Source: a virus. From it: a DNA stretch of 64,000 bases. A program made the translations under genes and the position numbers. Below are positions 10,201 to 19,041 of the stretch, piece by piece. The stretch's first letter is position 1; each line of letters starts with the position of its first letter. The notes under the pieces are model-generated. The model had not been told where the DNA came from, made no database searches, and saw only the letters and a list, made by a program, of their open reading frames with translations. Where the stretch lies: the IMG/VR virus record IMGVR_UViG_3300030497_000015. One strand, given 5' to 3'.

Positions 10201-10760
10201 CGTGTTACTTCCTTCGTAGCATCTCCGTCCTGAGCATCCTCTTTGATTAAAGAGATTCGATAACGAAGTTCTCCTCCGAAGCCTTTAGCGATGTGCTGAA
10301 CTCCGTAAAGAGCTGTTTCGTAGTTTGAGAATCCGAAAGTATTAGTCGTCATATAGTCGACTTTACCCTTTCTCCATAGAGTACCATTAAGGACGAAGTC
10401 CATCGCTGCCGAAGCCGTGTAGCCATATCGGTACATCGGACGGATGATGTCTCCGTTTAATTCGGAGATAGCTGCATTCTCCGCATATACTTTTTTGATG
10501 TATTGACCGTCTCTCGAATACTCATCGACATTCTTTATCGTGAAAAGAATAAGATTGCCGTCTAAGTCCTCACGAACGACGAAGTTCTCTGCTTTTACGA
10601 ACTCGGATGCTTCATGAGCTGCGGGCATTTCGAACTCGTAAGTCGAAAGAGAATCTTCGAGTCGCTCGGTATGTTTATCGTTCCAGTATGGACAAGCGTT
10701 CGGGCTGTCATTATTTAAAACGACCTCGACGACTTCGTCTACGTTTAGAATAAATATCAT
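4251..10760 (-). CDS. Tail endopeptidase-type baseplate hub/tail spike with C-terminal intramolecular chaperone (S74-like)
   Basis: N-terminal prophage tail domain, Ala-rich AQxKADAA repeats, CBM/FN3-like blocks, C-terminal SRRKFKRNI...IGLIYEE...coiled coil. Confidence 0.85.
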   Translation of the reverse strand: MIFILNVDEVVEVVLNNDSPNACPYWNDKHTERLEDSLSTYEFEMPAAHEASEFVKAENFVVREDLDGNLILFTIKNVDEYSRDGQYIKKVYAENAAISELNGDIIRPMYRYGYTASAAMDFVLNGTLWRKGKVDYMTTNTFGFSNYETALYGVQHIAKGFGGELRYRISLIKEDAQDGDATKEVTRIGYRYIDLLERRGEETGKRFEYAKDIIGVRRIEDSTELATAIIPIGKADAKGVRMTIKSVNNNYDYIWDSDARDRWSRTSKHIFGVYINEDAENPQDLLNKATKELNRRKNPRYTYEVDVVMLERKAGISHEDVRLGDTIIVKDMNFEPYLALNARAIEIVRSYTDSTQDKVTLGEYVKLYISTPSIIKTMQNQITAVQGKADAAEVVYKGAEPPVDTDMLWLDMSNPKLFVWKKFDGATWVPATPTSAQEIGAETPEGAQAKANAVKASAISEAVAAAKTDAEEAARAAATAEGALADARAKAYADGVVTKEETARINQAAANLTTAKSFATSEANAAKTAAIAYADDVGVNAQAKAEWYAAVKSGTNLISGIEKLTPATPYTWVTDYTPDGIKGRILKKVHTAGATKNDAGWTFPNYIKINPKKTYLLEVYVKASDANSKYYWGYEEYNGGKADNDAGNGPYIVSGAVATAAGTGKWVKHYALIAPHDSGAEGSSVGEQSTLTPDTDFKFYDVNSAYIRPKVYLTFQTIDASKGSTMYATKFGLYEVGSDDGVFDLIQEEAIAQANLADTRARAYADGVATDAENAAIAEAQKKADAAEAAAKAAAAADAKAKADAAQAAAISSAATTAQAKADAAQAAAINASEKRMQRGSTAPVDTSVIWIKTGVTPELQYRYNGSAWVALAPTTAAHVGAETPSGAQSKADAAKSAAISAAATDAQTKADAAKAAAISAAKAESDLAEARAKAYADGILTEEEKANLAGLEQSLADANSYADSAAAAAKSAAITAAATDAQTKADAAKSAAINSAASDASTKATNAQNAAIAASEKKIVKQSTAPTDLTVLWLKTGTTPEIMYRHNGSAWIPTAPENASQIKYASGTTIEALKPAAAGADVTSANTSKDTAAVNGVAASTIATAAANFNNRNDRKSTTPANPTLNTTGATVDHTVNTDGSVDISFEWTFSGTGDAYDIDGFIVYVYAATANTAYTFGTDKALEQVFTTAYDNRSIVIQGVAANKYYTFGIQAYRRVDKDINANGILRSAIVKSSITGENPYQPSTTVAFAGNITGTVNGTAASTVVTNANAGKTANDKITANVGSGTLESTTGAQSKADAAKNSAVSTAATDATNKSDAARDTAIGAGLISSNSLFTKWTGTYPVGFGAWNKVPTKETTLTRGGSGVRMVSTTTSEQVGMNMNTAAFFPNPTDLQYVTVEVDFMLVSGVMDGACVLLDWYNTGGTSYRATLNLKTYEPNPILGKWYTVTAVLKKPANFTGTFRDYAGYVLGNWSTVGAGIKDIIFDRVAFYEAANELNAEATRILSPTSGIVLDANGLVVTGTDGKQSTSVSKNGVNVKNGAFTIEDNITGLKESLARANNLLRDHSFEMMDPDWTSNTYPNLLGYYPIKDYQYAGTTEIFGVWHRIGSPRLNSVMYSDLAITSPFGFQSVVVDGVNYIEQAVTAREGQEYTFSIHAFAPTQNMTVKNESGTQVGNAASVGNLIVEAEFYTDDMVNVVSRQKTSKTFTLSKKTFGMNPTERFAFTFTAPTPNFTNGNFYVVIRLKSEGADKWIELDGAQLIKGDIPMLYDAENSLWLLRKGGGDKLPNISDYLGRVSVREVMAQTFLGHYESYNATTGVYEVVDLPFIDTLGGSKNGLVMRIGGGARTIIGGGEAPITVANGLIAEGTNIESEHINITSDNSIYFHTGVQEGYDASQLHLSQFDDSGTLIIRKKGTSPNALKLVGSTHTFMEFFPQGGTSPTGQGSRFGYIGYGSANQNILTISNSEAGSNGDVIIRVGGSSDYFTFDGVTNGGIAFGTAKLKFLTAGGLQARNAADTAFANIDASKFTVGSRRKFKRNIKKLSRNARQVLRETQIYEYQLKDDFNIYERDEETNTVNLVGTRSKEEVPVQIGLIYEEAPDELKGSSDTIDLYSMNSYTWKAFQELDDDVEEMRSEMQTEIAELKSENKELRDRLEKLESLVNGLIK

Positions 10761-10809
10761 AGAATTGTTTCCTCCTTATCGGGCATTAAAAAAGAGCCTC
10801 TCGCATTGA

Positions 10810-10837
10810 TTAGCGAAAGACTCCTTCTTTTTGGGAC
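10810..10837 (-). promoter_or_regulatory. Phage-sigma promoter (tail spike)
   Basis: GTCCC-17-CGCTAA. Confidence 0.65.
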
Positions 10838-12393
10838 TATAAATATCGAGGGCGATGCGAGACTATTACGTCCGTTTTATTATCAGGCTCGAAGGTGATC
10901 GGATGCGATCGCCCTCCGTTGAGAGAGAAGAACTCACTCGATAGAGAAAGATAGTCCATGAAAGGAGAGCCGTTCAAGTAGACAGCTCCTTCCTCTGTGT
11001 CGATCTTTAGCTCATCGCCTGCCTCGAAGATTACTTGATTCGTGTTCTTTGTTACGTTCTTTAGATTCGTGAGGGAGACATATGCACAATAGGCAGTAGA
11101 CATTGCGGGATTCGTTTTGTACTGCCCGACGTGAACTGCTACTCCTGCGATCTGTCTTTGAAAATCGTTGCCCGAATCTGTGAACGAGAAATTCTTGATT
11201 AACGACGTTTTACCTGTGTTCGGGTCTCTTCGTTCGATTCGAGCTGTAATCTTTTTACCTACTCGCTTAATTTGAAGCAAGCCGTAAAAGTCTCGATAAG
11301 AGCCGTATTGTTCGGGAATGTACTTATAATAAGTGACCTTTTTCCCTTTGACTTTTTTAGTCGCTTTGACCTTTTTAGTCTTTTTCGATACTGAGCCCGT
11401 GTACTTTGCGAGATATTTCCCTGTTGCTCTTGTTCCGATACGTGCCTCGAAAGTTGATACCTCATAGCCCGAAGTATCGACGAGAGCTACCTTTCCGAAC
11501 TCGTTCCCGTTCGCATCGAGAAGATAGACCTCCACTCGACCGATTTGCTTTTGATCGGTTGCATAAAGCCCGACGACTGTGTCTAGCTGAAAGTCTTGCA
11601 GGGGAGTCGGATACATCTTTCGCATTGCGGGACCGTGCCACTCCGAACCCGAACCGTAAGAGCTCGCTCGGAATGATTGTCCTGTTGAGTACATCGTACC
11701 CGTCGAGACTCCGCCGTCGACGTAAGAGTGTCCTTCCCACGGAGTAACTGCGGACATCTGGTCGTTTATTACTTTTTCATTCTTTTCGACGATTAGCTGA
11801 TCTGCTGCATTCGAACCTACGAAAACATGTTGCTTCTTCGTAGCAAGTGCGAAGTAGGTAGAGTCTGCCGTGAATGTTACATCGTACACGGGGAAGGTTT
11901 TCTCTTTTCCTCCGATTACTAGACTCGCAGGAGATGTCGTAAGTTTAGGAGATTCGACTTCGGGTCCATACGCATACGGGTCGGGGCATATGAACGTAAG
12001 CTGAGTCGTTCCCATTGTGACGAGATGATCTAAGTTTGTATCTCCCGAAAGGAATCCGAAGTAAGATTTATCAGGCTCCACGTCGAAGATAAGTTCGTTT
12101 TCCTCTTCACCGTCCGAATCGAGGTCGTCGTTCTCAAGTAGCCATCGAGCTACTGCACGAGCTTTGTTGAGCATGTCGCTTTGTGAAGTTCCGACGATTG
12201 TTATGTCGAGTTTGAATTCACGAGGTCCCATCTCTCGGCCGAAGAAGTGAGCCCCTTGCATTGAAGGGACGTTGATTAACTTCGGAGTAAGGGGAGCCAT
12301 GATCGAACGTGTTATCTTGTTTAGAATGACTCCGTAAGCCGAGGAGTGTTGTCCACGGTATACGAAGCCTTGTAGTCCTGTTAATGACGGCAT
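10837..12393 (-). CDS. Distal tail protein (Dit) with inserted domain
   Basis: After TMP; ELIFDVEPDKSY, FICPDPYAYG motifs; 518 aa indicates an evolved Dit. Confidence 0.85.
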   Translation of the reverse strand: MPSLTGLQGFVYRGQHSSAYGVILNKITRSIMAPLTPKLINVPSMQGAHFFGREMGPREFKLDITIVGTSQSDMLNKARAVARWLLENDDLDSDGEEENELIFDVEPDKSYFGFLSGDTNLDHLVTMGTTQLTFICPDPYAYGPEVESPKLTTSPASLVIGGKEKTFPVYDVTFTADSTYFALATKKQHVFVGSNAADQLIVEKNEKVINDQMSAVTPWEGHSYVDGGVSTGTMYSTGQSFRASSYGSGSEWHGPAMRKMYPTPLQDFQLDTVVGLYATDQKQIGRVEVYLLDANGNEFGKVALVDTSGYEVSTFEARIGTRATGKYLAKYTGSVSKKTKKVKATKKVKGKKVTYYKYIPEQYGSYRDFYGLLQIKRVGKKITARIERRDPNTGKTSLIKNFSFTDSGNDFQRQIAGVAVHVGQYKTNPAMSTAYCAYVSLTNLKNVTKNTNQVIFEAGDELKIDTEEGAVYLNGSPFMDYLSLSSEFFSLNGGRSHPITFEPDNKTDVIVSHRPRYL

Positions 12394-15300
12394 TAATATT
12401 CTCCTCTCGCTCTTTGTTGTTGTGTCGCAAGGCGATCGAGTTCCTCTGCGATTCGTTTCACGTCTGCCTCTTCCCGAACTACCATTTGAGCGACTTGAAT
12501 CGTAGTTTTTGCGACTGCCTCTCCGACTGTTGCTTTCTTGAGATTTCCTGCTGCTACGCTTCCGAAAGTACTAATCATTCGGAAAAGGTTTGATTGCTGC
12601 CCTTGAGTAAGAACCATCTCATTACGCAATAAGCGAACATCTACCTCGTCGAACTTCGGTGCTGAGAACCCGAGCGATCTTAGGGACGGAGAGCCTCCTT
12701 CGTGGAACTTCGGCAGCTCGTGAACCGTACCGCCTCCGTGCTTTTTCCCCGATATCTTGTCCCATGCGGAACCGACTAGAGAAGCCGTCGCTTTGACTGC
12801 CATTGTCACGGGACTAAAGTTCGCCATAAACGAAGCTGTATTTATTAACTTCGCAGTAATGTTCTTCGTGCCCGCTTTCGTAGCTGCTGCGTGATTCTTC
12901 GAGTTAGTGCCGTTGTCGTTCGCCTTGACCGTTTTCGTGCCCGACTTGGTTGCGTCCTTATGATTCTTTTCGTTCGTGCCTTTATTCTCGGTCTTTACCG
13001 TTTTCTCTCCCGACTTGGTTGCGTCCTTATGATTTTTGTCATTCGAACCCTTGTCCTTCGCCTCTACTTGCTTGTCGCCTTTTTTCGTAGCATCCTTGTG
13101 ATTCTTGTCATTCGAGCCCTTGTCGTTTGCTTTGACCTCCTTCTCGCCTTTCTTCGTAGCGTCTTTATGGTTTTTCGAATTGGAGCCCTTGTCCTTCGTC
13201 TCGACGTTCTTTTCGCCCTTCTTCGTAGCCTCTTTATGATTCTTCGCATTAGAGCCTTTGTCGTCGGTCTTGACTTCTTTCTTGACATCTTTCTCGAGCT
13301 CTTTGTTCGTTTTCTTGGCTTCGTCCTTCATTTTTGTTACTTTGCCCGTGTTAAGGTCGAGCTCGTATCCCTGCTTCTTGAGTGCATCTTGAAGTCCCTT
13401 GAGAGCCTTCTCCTGATCTTTTGTCATTTTGGCATCTTTGTCCTTGATACCGAGATGATCTTGTAAGAGTTGTTTCGCATTCAGAAGCTCGTCGTTTTGC
13501 CTCATGTACTGATCGACTAGGGCTTGAGCTTGATCTTTCGTGAGCTTTTCTTTCTTTGCCTTCTCTTCGACCTTAGAAAGAGCATCGTTATTCTTGATGA
13601 TCTCTTCGTTAATGAGGTCGATTCCTTCTTCCTTCTTGCCGTTTAATCCGACTTGAGAAAGAATGATGTTCGCCATCTGCTGATCGACTGTATCGAGAAG
13701 CCCGAGCTCCTTTTCGACTTCCGCTCCTTCTTTCTGTTTTGCGAGGAGTTTCTCTTGAACTTTGACTTTCTGCTTTTGCAGACTGTTAAGTTCGAACTCT
13801 GCTCGCTGTTGCTCTTGCTTATGGAAGTCTGCGGCTCCGACTTGGTTTTCCTCACGAGCCTTCTTCTCGGCTTCCTTTTCCTTCGTGATCTTTTTCGAAG
13901 TATCAAGGATGTCTTTCTCGATTCCTGCGAGTTCCTTGTTAAGGTCCTTCATGTCGCTATTGATTTGCTTTTGTTCCGATCGATTCTTTTTCTCGTCTGC
14001 TTCGGCTTTTGCTTTCTTGATTTCGAGTTCAAGAAGAAGCTCGTCTCGTTTCGCTTGCGTATACTTGCGAACTGCTTCCGTACCGGCTACGACGATATTA
14101 TTCTGATCGGTGATCGCATTGTTTGCGTCTGGGACCGTCTCTGCGAGGTCTTGGTTTATCCCGACTAACTCGTCGAGTTCATCCTTAGATAATCCCGAAG
14201 ACTTTTGCAGCTTTTCCATCGCATCTTTGATCTTCTCGAGTTCGCTTGACGACTGAGTCGTTCCGAGTCGCTGATTAAGGTCGATGTACTCTCCGAACTG
14301 CTCGTTCGTAAGTTTCATTTTTCCTTTTAGGAAGTCGAATCGATCGGCAGAATCTTCGAGAGACCTCGTGCTCTTCGCTACTTCGTCGAGTTCTGCGAGT
14401 GTTTTCGTACTCATATCCTCGGCCCCATCTCCGACACTCAAGAACGCTCCTGCAAGAGCTCCGAGTCCGAGCATTAACCATCCCGTAGGTCCCATCGCTA
14501 TTTGAAGAGTCTTGAAAGCAAGGGGAATTTTTCCGAGAGCTGAGTATAAGAGCCCTGCTGCTGCCGCTCCGCCTGCGATCTTTAGTGTTAATTCGATAAG
14601 GTCGGGATCGAGTTCCGATACTACATCGACGATGTTTTGCATAATATCGACGACTGCTTTCGCCTCTGGCATGAAGGACATTCCGAGACTGATTCCGACT
14701 CCCTCGACGGCTGATGTTAAGTTATCCCATGCCCCCGCTAAAGTGTCTTTCATCGTAGCTGCGAAGGCTTCGGCTGCTCCGTCTGAATTCTCAAGCTTCC
14801 TCGAAAACTCTTCGATTGTGTCGCCGCCTTCGTTTAGTAGAGCAAGGAATCCTGATGATGCTTCGGTTCCGACGAGTGCTGCCGCCGCAGATACCCGATC
14901 GGCTTCGGATTTCCCTTCTAATGATTCCGAGATAGCGTCGATCATTTTAGGAAGAGAAAGCATTTCCCCGTTAGAATCCTTTACGGATAAACCGAGTTCT
15001 TTCATCATCTTTTTTCCTTGTCCTACGGGATTCGCAAGAGCAAGTAAGGAAGTTCGAAGGGTCGTTCCTGCTTGAGAGCCTTTGATTCCGTAGTTTGACA
15101 TTAAGGCGACTGCTGCTGCCGTATCTTCCATACCGATTTTCAAAGAAGATGCAACGGGAGCAACGTACTTCATAGCCTCTGCCATGTCGGGAAGGTCCGT
15201 ATTCGCATCGTTCATCGCTTTTACGAGAACGTCTACGGAGTGGGCCGATTCGGTTGCGTCGATTCCGAATCCTGCCATAATAGAACCGAGCCAATCGGCT

Positions 15301-15746
15301 GAGCTTGCAAGGTCGACTTGTGCCGCTCCTGCTAGATTTAACAGGCCGGGCATGGATGCGATAATATCGTTCGTCTTGAAGCCTGCTGCTGCAAGTAAGC
15401 CCATTCCGTCGGCTGCCTCTGTTGCTGAGAATGCCGTCGAAGCTCCGAGGTCTAATGCGGTTTGTTCTAACCTTGCGAAGTCCGAATCGGTAGCTCCCGA
15501 GATAGCTTTTACTTTTGCCATCGACTGCTCGAATCGAGATGCCATAAGTACGGAGGAGCCTACTACTCCTACGACTCCGACTCCGACTGCTGAAAGAGCT
15601 GTCTCGAGTTTTTCTTGTGATTTTTTCAGTGTGTGAGACGCTTGTCCCATCGTGTCCATTGATGATGTAGCTTGGTTCATCGCATTCATGAACTGTTGAT
15701 TATTTAGTACTAATTCGGCTTGAATTGTGCCTGCGTTAGCTGCCAT
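12393..15746 (-). CDS. Tail tape measure protein (TP901-type core)
   Basis: FEQSMAKVKAISGAT...GIKGSQAGTTLR; 1117 aa; 21-aa C-terminal repeats. Confidence 0.95.
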   Translation of the reverse strand: MAANAGTIQAELVLNNQQFMNAMNQATSSMDTMGQASHTLKKSQEKLETALSAVGVGVVGVVGSSVLMASRFEQSMAKVKAISGATDSDFARLEQTALDLGASTAFSATEAADGMGLLAAAGFKTNDIIASMPGLLNLAGAAQVDLASSADWLGSIMAGFGIDATESAHSVDVLVKAMNDANTDLPDMAEAMKYVAPVASSLKIGMEDTAAAVALMSNYGIKGSQAGTTLRTSLLALANPVGQGKKMMKELGLSVKDSNGEMLSLPKMIDAISESLEGKSEADRVSAAAALVGTEASSGFLALLNEGGDTIEEFSRKLENSDGAAEAFAATMKDTLAGAWDNLTSAVEGVGISLGMSFMPEAKAVVDIMQNIVDVVSELDPDLIELTLKIAGGAAAAGLLYSALGKIPLAFKTLQIAMGPTGWLMLGLGALAGAFLSVGDGAEDMSTKTLAELDEVAKSTRSLEDSADRFDFLKGKMKLTNEQFGEYIDLNQRLGTTQSSSELEKIKDAMEKLQKSSGLSKDELDELVGINQDLAETVPDANNAITDQNNIVVAGTEAVRKYTQAKRDELLLELEIKKAKAEADEKKNRSEQKQINSDMKDLNKELAGIEKDILDTSKKITKEKEAEKKAREENQVGAADFHKQEQQRAEFELNSLQKQKVKVQEKLLAKQKEGAEVEKELGLLDTVDQQMANIILSQVGLNGKKEEGIDLINEEIIKNNDALSKVEEKAKKEKLTKDQAQALVDQYMRQNDELLNAKQLLQDHLGIKDKDAKMTKDQEKALKGLQDALKKQGYELDLNTGKVTKMKDEAKKTNKELEKDVKKEVKTDDKGSNAKNHKEATKKGEKNVETKDKGSNSKNHKDATKKGEKEVKANDKGSNDKNHKDATKKGDKQVEAKDKGSNDKNHKDATKSGEKTVKTENKGTNEKNHKDATKSGTKTVKANDNGTNSKNHAAATKAGTKNITAKLINTASFMANFSPVTMAVKATASLVGSAWDKISGKKHGGGTVHELPKFHEGGSPSLRSLGFSAPKFDEVDVRLLRNEMVLTQGQQSNLFRMISTFGSVAAGNLKKATVGEAVAKTTIQVAQMVVREEADVKRIAEELDRLATQQQRARGEY

Positions 15747-15773
15747 CGCCTCGCTCTCCCCTTTCGTATGCTT

Positions 15774-15800
15774 TTAGCGTTCGAGTTTTGATTTTGGGAC
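15774..15800 (-). promoter_or_regulatory. Phage-sigma promoter (TMP)
   Basis: GTCCC-16-CGCTAA. Confidence 0.55.
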
Positions 15801-15801
15801 T

Positions 15802-16179
15802 TTATCCGTTCATCGCTGCTGCGAACGCATGAAGCTCGTCCATTTTGTCTCGATCGAACTGCTCGACTTTTTCTTCGATTCCTGCTGCTTTCGTTAAGCC
15901 CTTGATATATGCGTCGTACTCGGATTGCTCCATACGATGAGCATGTAAAAGTTGTAGGTGCTCGAGTTTGTCGATTGCTTTTTGTTTTCTCTTTTCGTCG
16001 ATGATGTTGAATATGTCGATCATGTAATACTCTTCTTCGATAGTGATTTGAGATACTCCGAGGACGACGGATGCGTCTCGAAGATAATCGTCGATCGTGG
16101 CTTTCTCGCCTTCCTCCTCGGTCTTTACTCCGTCGCTGTCGCTATCTCGAATTTCGGAAGAAGGCTCTTGACGTTTTTT
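15802..16179 (-). CDS. Tail assembly chaperone, -1 frameshift extension (GT-like)
   Basis: Slippery A AAA AAC at 16179-16173; the -1 frame is open into ORF 15802..16023. Confidence 0.75.
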   Translation of the reverse strand, partial: KKRQEPSSEIRDSDSDGVKTEEEGEKATIDDYLRDASVVLGVSQITIEEEYYMIDIFNIIDEKRKQKAIDKLEHLQLLHAHRMEQSEYDAYIKGLTKAAGIEEKVEQFDRDKMDELHAFAAAMNG

Positions 16180-16553
16180 ACTGCCCTAGAAAGGTCGTTC
16201 TTTTCGGCTGTCTGCGTAAAGAACTCGATTATTTCGGGAACTCCTGCATTTTCGTAAAGGTATTGTCTGTTAATCCCTGTTAGGACCGCAGTTATGTCGA
16301 GCATCTCGTCGAGTCCGATATCGAGTGCCGAGATTGCGTATGCTGCGAAGTCCTTTTCGGGAGCCATCGCAACTTTGATGATTAAGTTCGGGAGATTCTC
16401 CACGACTTGAAAAAGTTCTTTCCATTTCTTCGGAGTTAATTTCGGGATAGTTGCCGACTTGTCTCCGAGAAGAACCGTGTCTTTTCTTATGAATTTGCAT
16501 CGCATCGCATCGGATGAGATAGGCTCTTTTGCTTTTCGCTTGAAGATGTTCAT
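16125..16553 (-). CDS. Tail assembly chaperone (G-like)
   Basis: Position between major tail and TMP genes; slippery site near 3' end. Confidence 0.8.
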   Translation of the reverse strand: MNIFKRKAKEPISSDAMRCKFIRKDTVLLGDKSATIPKLTPKKWKELFQVVENLPNLIIKVAMAPEKDFAAYAISALDIGLDEMLDITAVLTGINRQYLYENAGVPEIIEFFTQTAEKNDLSRAVKNVKSLLPKFEIATATE

Positions 16554-16633
16554 TTCGTTTCCTCCTCGTTTTTAGATAAAAAAAATAAAGGAGCTAAGAC
16601 ATATAGCCTCGCTCCTCCGTGTTTGCTACTCTA

Positions 16634-17173
16634 TTACGTAGTAACTGCCGTCTCATCACCTAGAATGAATAACTCGCCATTCTTTGCGATGTCTGGGTAA
16701 GCAACGAAAGTGATTTTCGCTACTCGCTCATTATCCGAGTTGTACGTATATTCTGGGTCTGTGATAGCTCCTGCAAGTGGGATTGTCACCCAATCGTTAG
16801 CAGTTGCGGACGGGTCTGTCGGTTTGATTACTAGCTTTTTAGCTGCTGCAAGCATGTCGAATCCTGCTGAACCGCTCACGGATAGCTTCTTCTTGATGTT
16901 TGGAGCTGTTCCGGTTTCTACGTAAGTAGAGTTCGGCATTACTGCGGATAACTTTTTCAAGTCATGCAATGCGAACGGAACTGTTGCGTTTGCTGTACGA
17001 CCTTTCAGAACTGATTTAACAGTTGTTTCCCCGTACTGATCGACCTTTACGTCTTGTGTAGACGTTGAAGCTGCGAAAGTGATACCGCCCTTCGTGATGT
17101 CGAATGTTACCATTGTCGCTCCTGTGCCGAACTCAACGATTGCTGGTCCGATAGGTACGTTAATTCCTGCCAT
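16634..17173 (-). CDS. Major tail (tube) protein
   Basis: Position; G-T-GG motif region, DQYGET. Confidence 0.85.
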   Translation of the reverse strand: MAGINVPIGPAIVEFGTGATMVTFDITKGGITFAASTSTQDVKVDQYGETTVKSVLKGRTANATVPFALHDLKKLSAVMPNSTYVETGTAPNIKKKLSVSGSAGFDMLAAAKKLVIKPTDPSATANDWVTIPLAGAITDPEYTYNSDNERVAKITFVAYPDIAKNGELFILGDETAVTT

Positions 17174-17192
17174 GTGATTTCCTCCTCGTGAT

Positions 17193-17567
17193 TTACGGAC
17201 GGATAACCGTCTCGAAGTTTAGGGAAAAGACGGGACGTTCTGCCTCGTCAAGTCCAATAAAAATAGGAGTCGAGCTCTGCGGTCGGATAATGACTACGGA
17301 GTTCGCTCCTATTTGCTGCTCTTTTTTGTTTTTAAGTGCATCGAAAATCTCGTATGCCCTCGCTTCCGTGTTTTCGAAGTCTCTCGCTTTTCCTCTCACT
17401 AAGACTTGAAAGTTCGGATATTTAATCCCTGTCTCTGAGTCCTCGGGAGGTCCCGCATGTATCGCTATTACTCCGCATTCATCACTTGATGTCGTCGGGA
17501 AAGCATAGGGATAATATGAAAAGGGGACAAGCGAGTTCACGAAGTCGATGAGTTCTTGTATTTTCAT
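17193..17567 (-). CDS. Tail terminator-like protein
   Basis: YPNFQVLVRG...IGLDEAERPVFSLNF; synteny. Confidence 0.75.
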   Translation of the reverse strand: MKIQELIDFVNSLVPFSYYPYAFPTTSSDECGVIAIHAGPPEDSETGIKYPNFQVLVRGKARDFENTEARAYEIFDALKNKKEQQIGANSVVIIRPQSSTPIFIGLDEAERPVFSLNFETVIRP

Positions 17568-17996
17568 TTAACCGATGCTCCTTTCGACTGCCTCTTTCAT
17601 CCATCGAAGGTATTTCGCTTTTTCTCCATAGAGAGGACGGGAGAGATATTTATTCCCTACGTGATATCCGTCCGTGCCTTGAGATGCCCTCGAGATAGGT
17701 CCGAGTTTGTAAGTTGATTCATGCGTCCATAATGCGTAATTGAAGTTATCCTCTACCGCTCGGAATGAGACTGTCCCTTTCAAGGTCCTTAGTTTGACCG
17801 AGCCTGTGACTTTCTTTTTCACGGAACGACGAAGAGTACTCTTTCGTATCGGTGCGATATTACTCGAGATTCTTGCGAGGTCGTCGACGATGTCTTGCAT
17901 GGTATCTCGTAGCTCTCGTTCTAAGTTCGTTTGAATCTGTTGTGTTAGATTCAAGAAATTCGACGCATCTATGTTCATACTCATGTTCATGTTCAT
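17568..17996 (-). CDS. HK97 gp10-like tail completion protein
   Basis: APIRKSTLRRS, YALWTHE, KYLSRP; synteny. Confidence 0.7.
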   Translation of the reverse strand: MNMNMSMNIDASNFLNLTQQIQTNLERELRDTMQDIVDDLARISSNIAPIRKSTLRRSVKKKVTGSVKLRTLKGTVSFRAVEDNFNYALWTHESTYKLGPISRASQGTDGYHVGNKYLSRPLYGEKAKYLRWMKEAVERSIG

Positions 17997-18334
17997 AGAA
18001 GGACCTCCGTCATATCGGGATTTCCTGCGAAGTTTCTTTTTACTTTGATTCGAGAAGGCTTCCGTTTTACCGTGATGCCTAACTCATTCGTGAACTCGAT
18101 CTCATCATCATAGGAGATGTTTGCTAGTCCATCGAGAAATACTCTTATCTCGAAAACGACTACCTTTCCCGTAACGTATGACTCTTGATCTGAGGTAACG
18201 AAAGAGCCTTCATCGACACGAGCTTTCATGACGATAGGAGCTGAGACGACGGGATTTCCCCATCGATCTAGTCCCGCATTTCCTTCGACTCTTTTATGAA
18301 TTAAGACTTTTTGATTTAATGGAATTAATGCCAT
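17993..18334 (-). CDS. Head closure/stopper protein
   Basis: DRWGNP motif; synteny. Confidence 0.65.
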   Translation of the reverse strand: MALIPLNQKVLIHKRVEGNAGLDRWGNPVVSAPIVMKARVDEGSFVTSDQESYVTGKVVVFEIRVFLDGLANISYDDEIEFTNELGITVKRKPSRIKVKRNFAGNPDMTEVLL

Positions 18335-18723
18335 TACATAATCACGTCCTTAATCATTCGAGAGCCGAGTTCGATGTCGTTCGCTTTGCCGATTAACTTT
18401 TTGACCTCCGAAGTGATTGCGTCCTCGATGTTCTCTTTTGCTGCTGTCTCTTTGAACGTAAAGGAACCGACCCCCGTTACGGAGAATCCTGCGACTCCTT
18501 GTTGATTCATGCGGTTTGTATCGTTAAAAACGATTGCAAGTACCGCAGAAAATTCGTACACGGCTTCGTCTGGGATTTCGTATTCGGGATATTTGTCCGA
18601 TAGTGTCCGAGATGCTACGTTGAGGATTCGAGTCTTTTTATCGACATCGGCTGCCATCCAATCGGCATTGTCTATCACGAATGAAGATGTATAAATATCC
18701 GCATTGCTGATCGTTAATGCCAT
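18334..18723 (-). CDS. Head-tail adaptor protein
   Basis: Synteny after capsid; GVAGFSVTGVGSFTF. Confidence 0.65.
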   Translation of the reverse strand: MALTISNADIYTSSFVIDNADWMAADVDKKTRILNVASRTLSDKYPEYEIPDEAVYEFSAVLAIVFNDTNRMNQQGVAGFSVTGVGSFTFKETAAKENIEDAITSEVKKLIGKANDIELGSRMIKDVIM

Positions 18724-18737
18724 TCAAGCCGCCTCCT

Positions 18738-18977
18738 TTATTCTTCGGAGGTGTCGGCTTTAGGCTTTTCGGCTTTTGGCTTACCTTTCGGCTTTGCTTT
18801 CGGCTTTACCTCCGTTTTATCTTCCTTCACTTCATCGACACGGACTGCATCTCGAAGGTTTTCGACCTTTTCGATTACTGCCTCATCTTCTGTCGAGAAA
18901 GCTCCGTTCGAAAACTTGTGAGGCTTGCCGTCTACGAAGAACGTAAGCTCTAAGAATTTACTCTTGAACTGTGCCAT
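18738..18977 (-). CDS. Small capsid-region protein
   Basis: 79 aa, Lys-rich tail, strong RBS. Confidence 0.6.
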   Translation of the reverse strand: MAQFKSKFLELTFFVDGKPHKFSNGAFSTEDEAVIEKVENLRDAVRVDEVKEDKTEVKPKAKPKGKPKAEKPKADTSEE

Positions 18978-19041
18978 CGTTTCGCCTCCCTTTGTTTAAA
19001 AATAAGAGCCCGAACCGAAGTTCGAGCCCTGTCTTAGGCTA

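Noticed and set aside
4251-10760. Diversity-generating retroelement acting on the tail gene
   Set aside because: No reverse transcriptase and no TR/VR pair differing at adenines
5113-15636. Many antisense or alternate-frame ORFs inside the tail and TMP genes
   Set aside because: Shadow ORFs of long Ala/Lys-rich genes; no RBS or motifs
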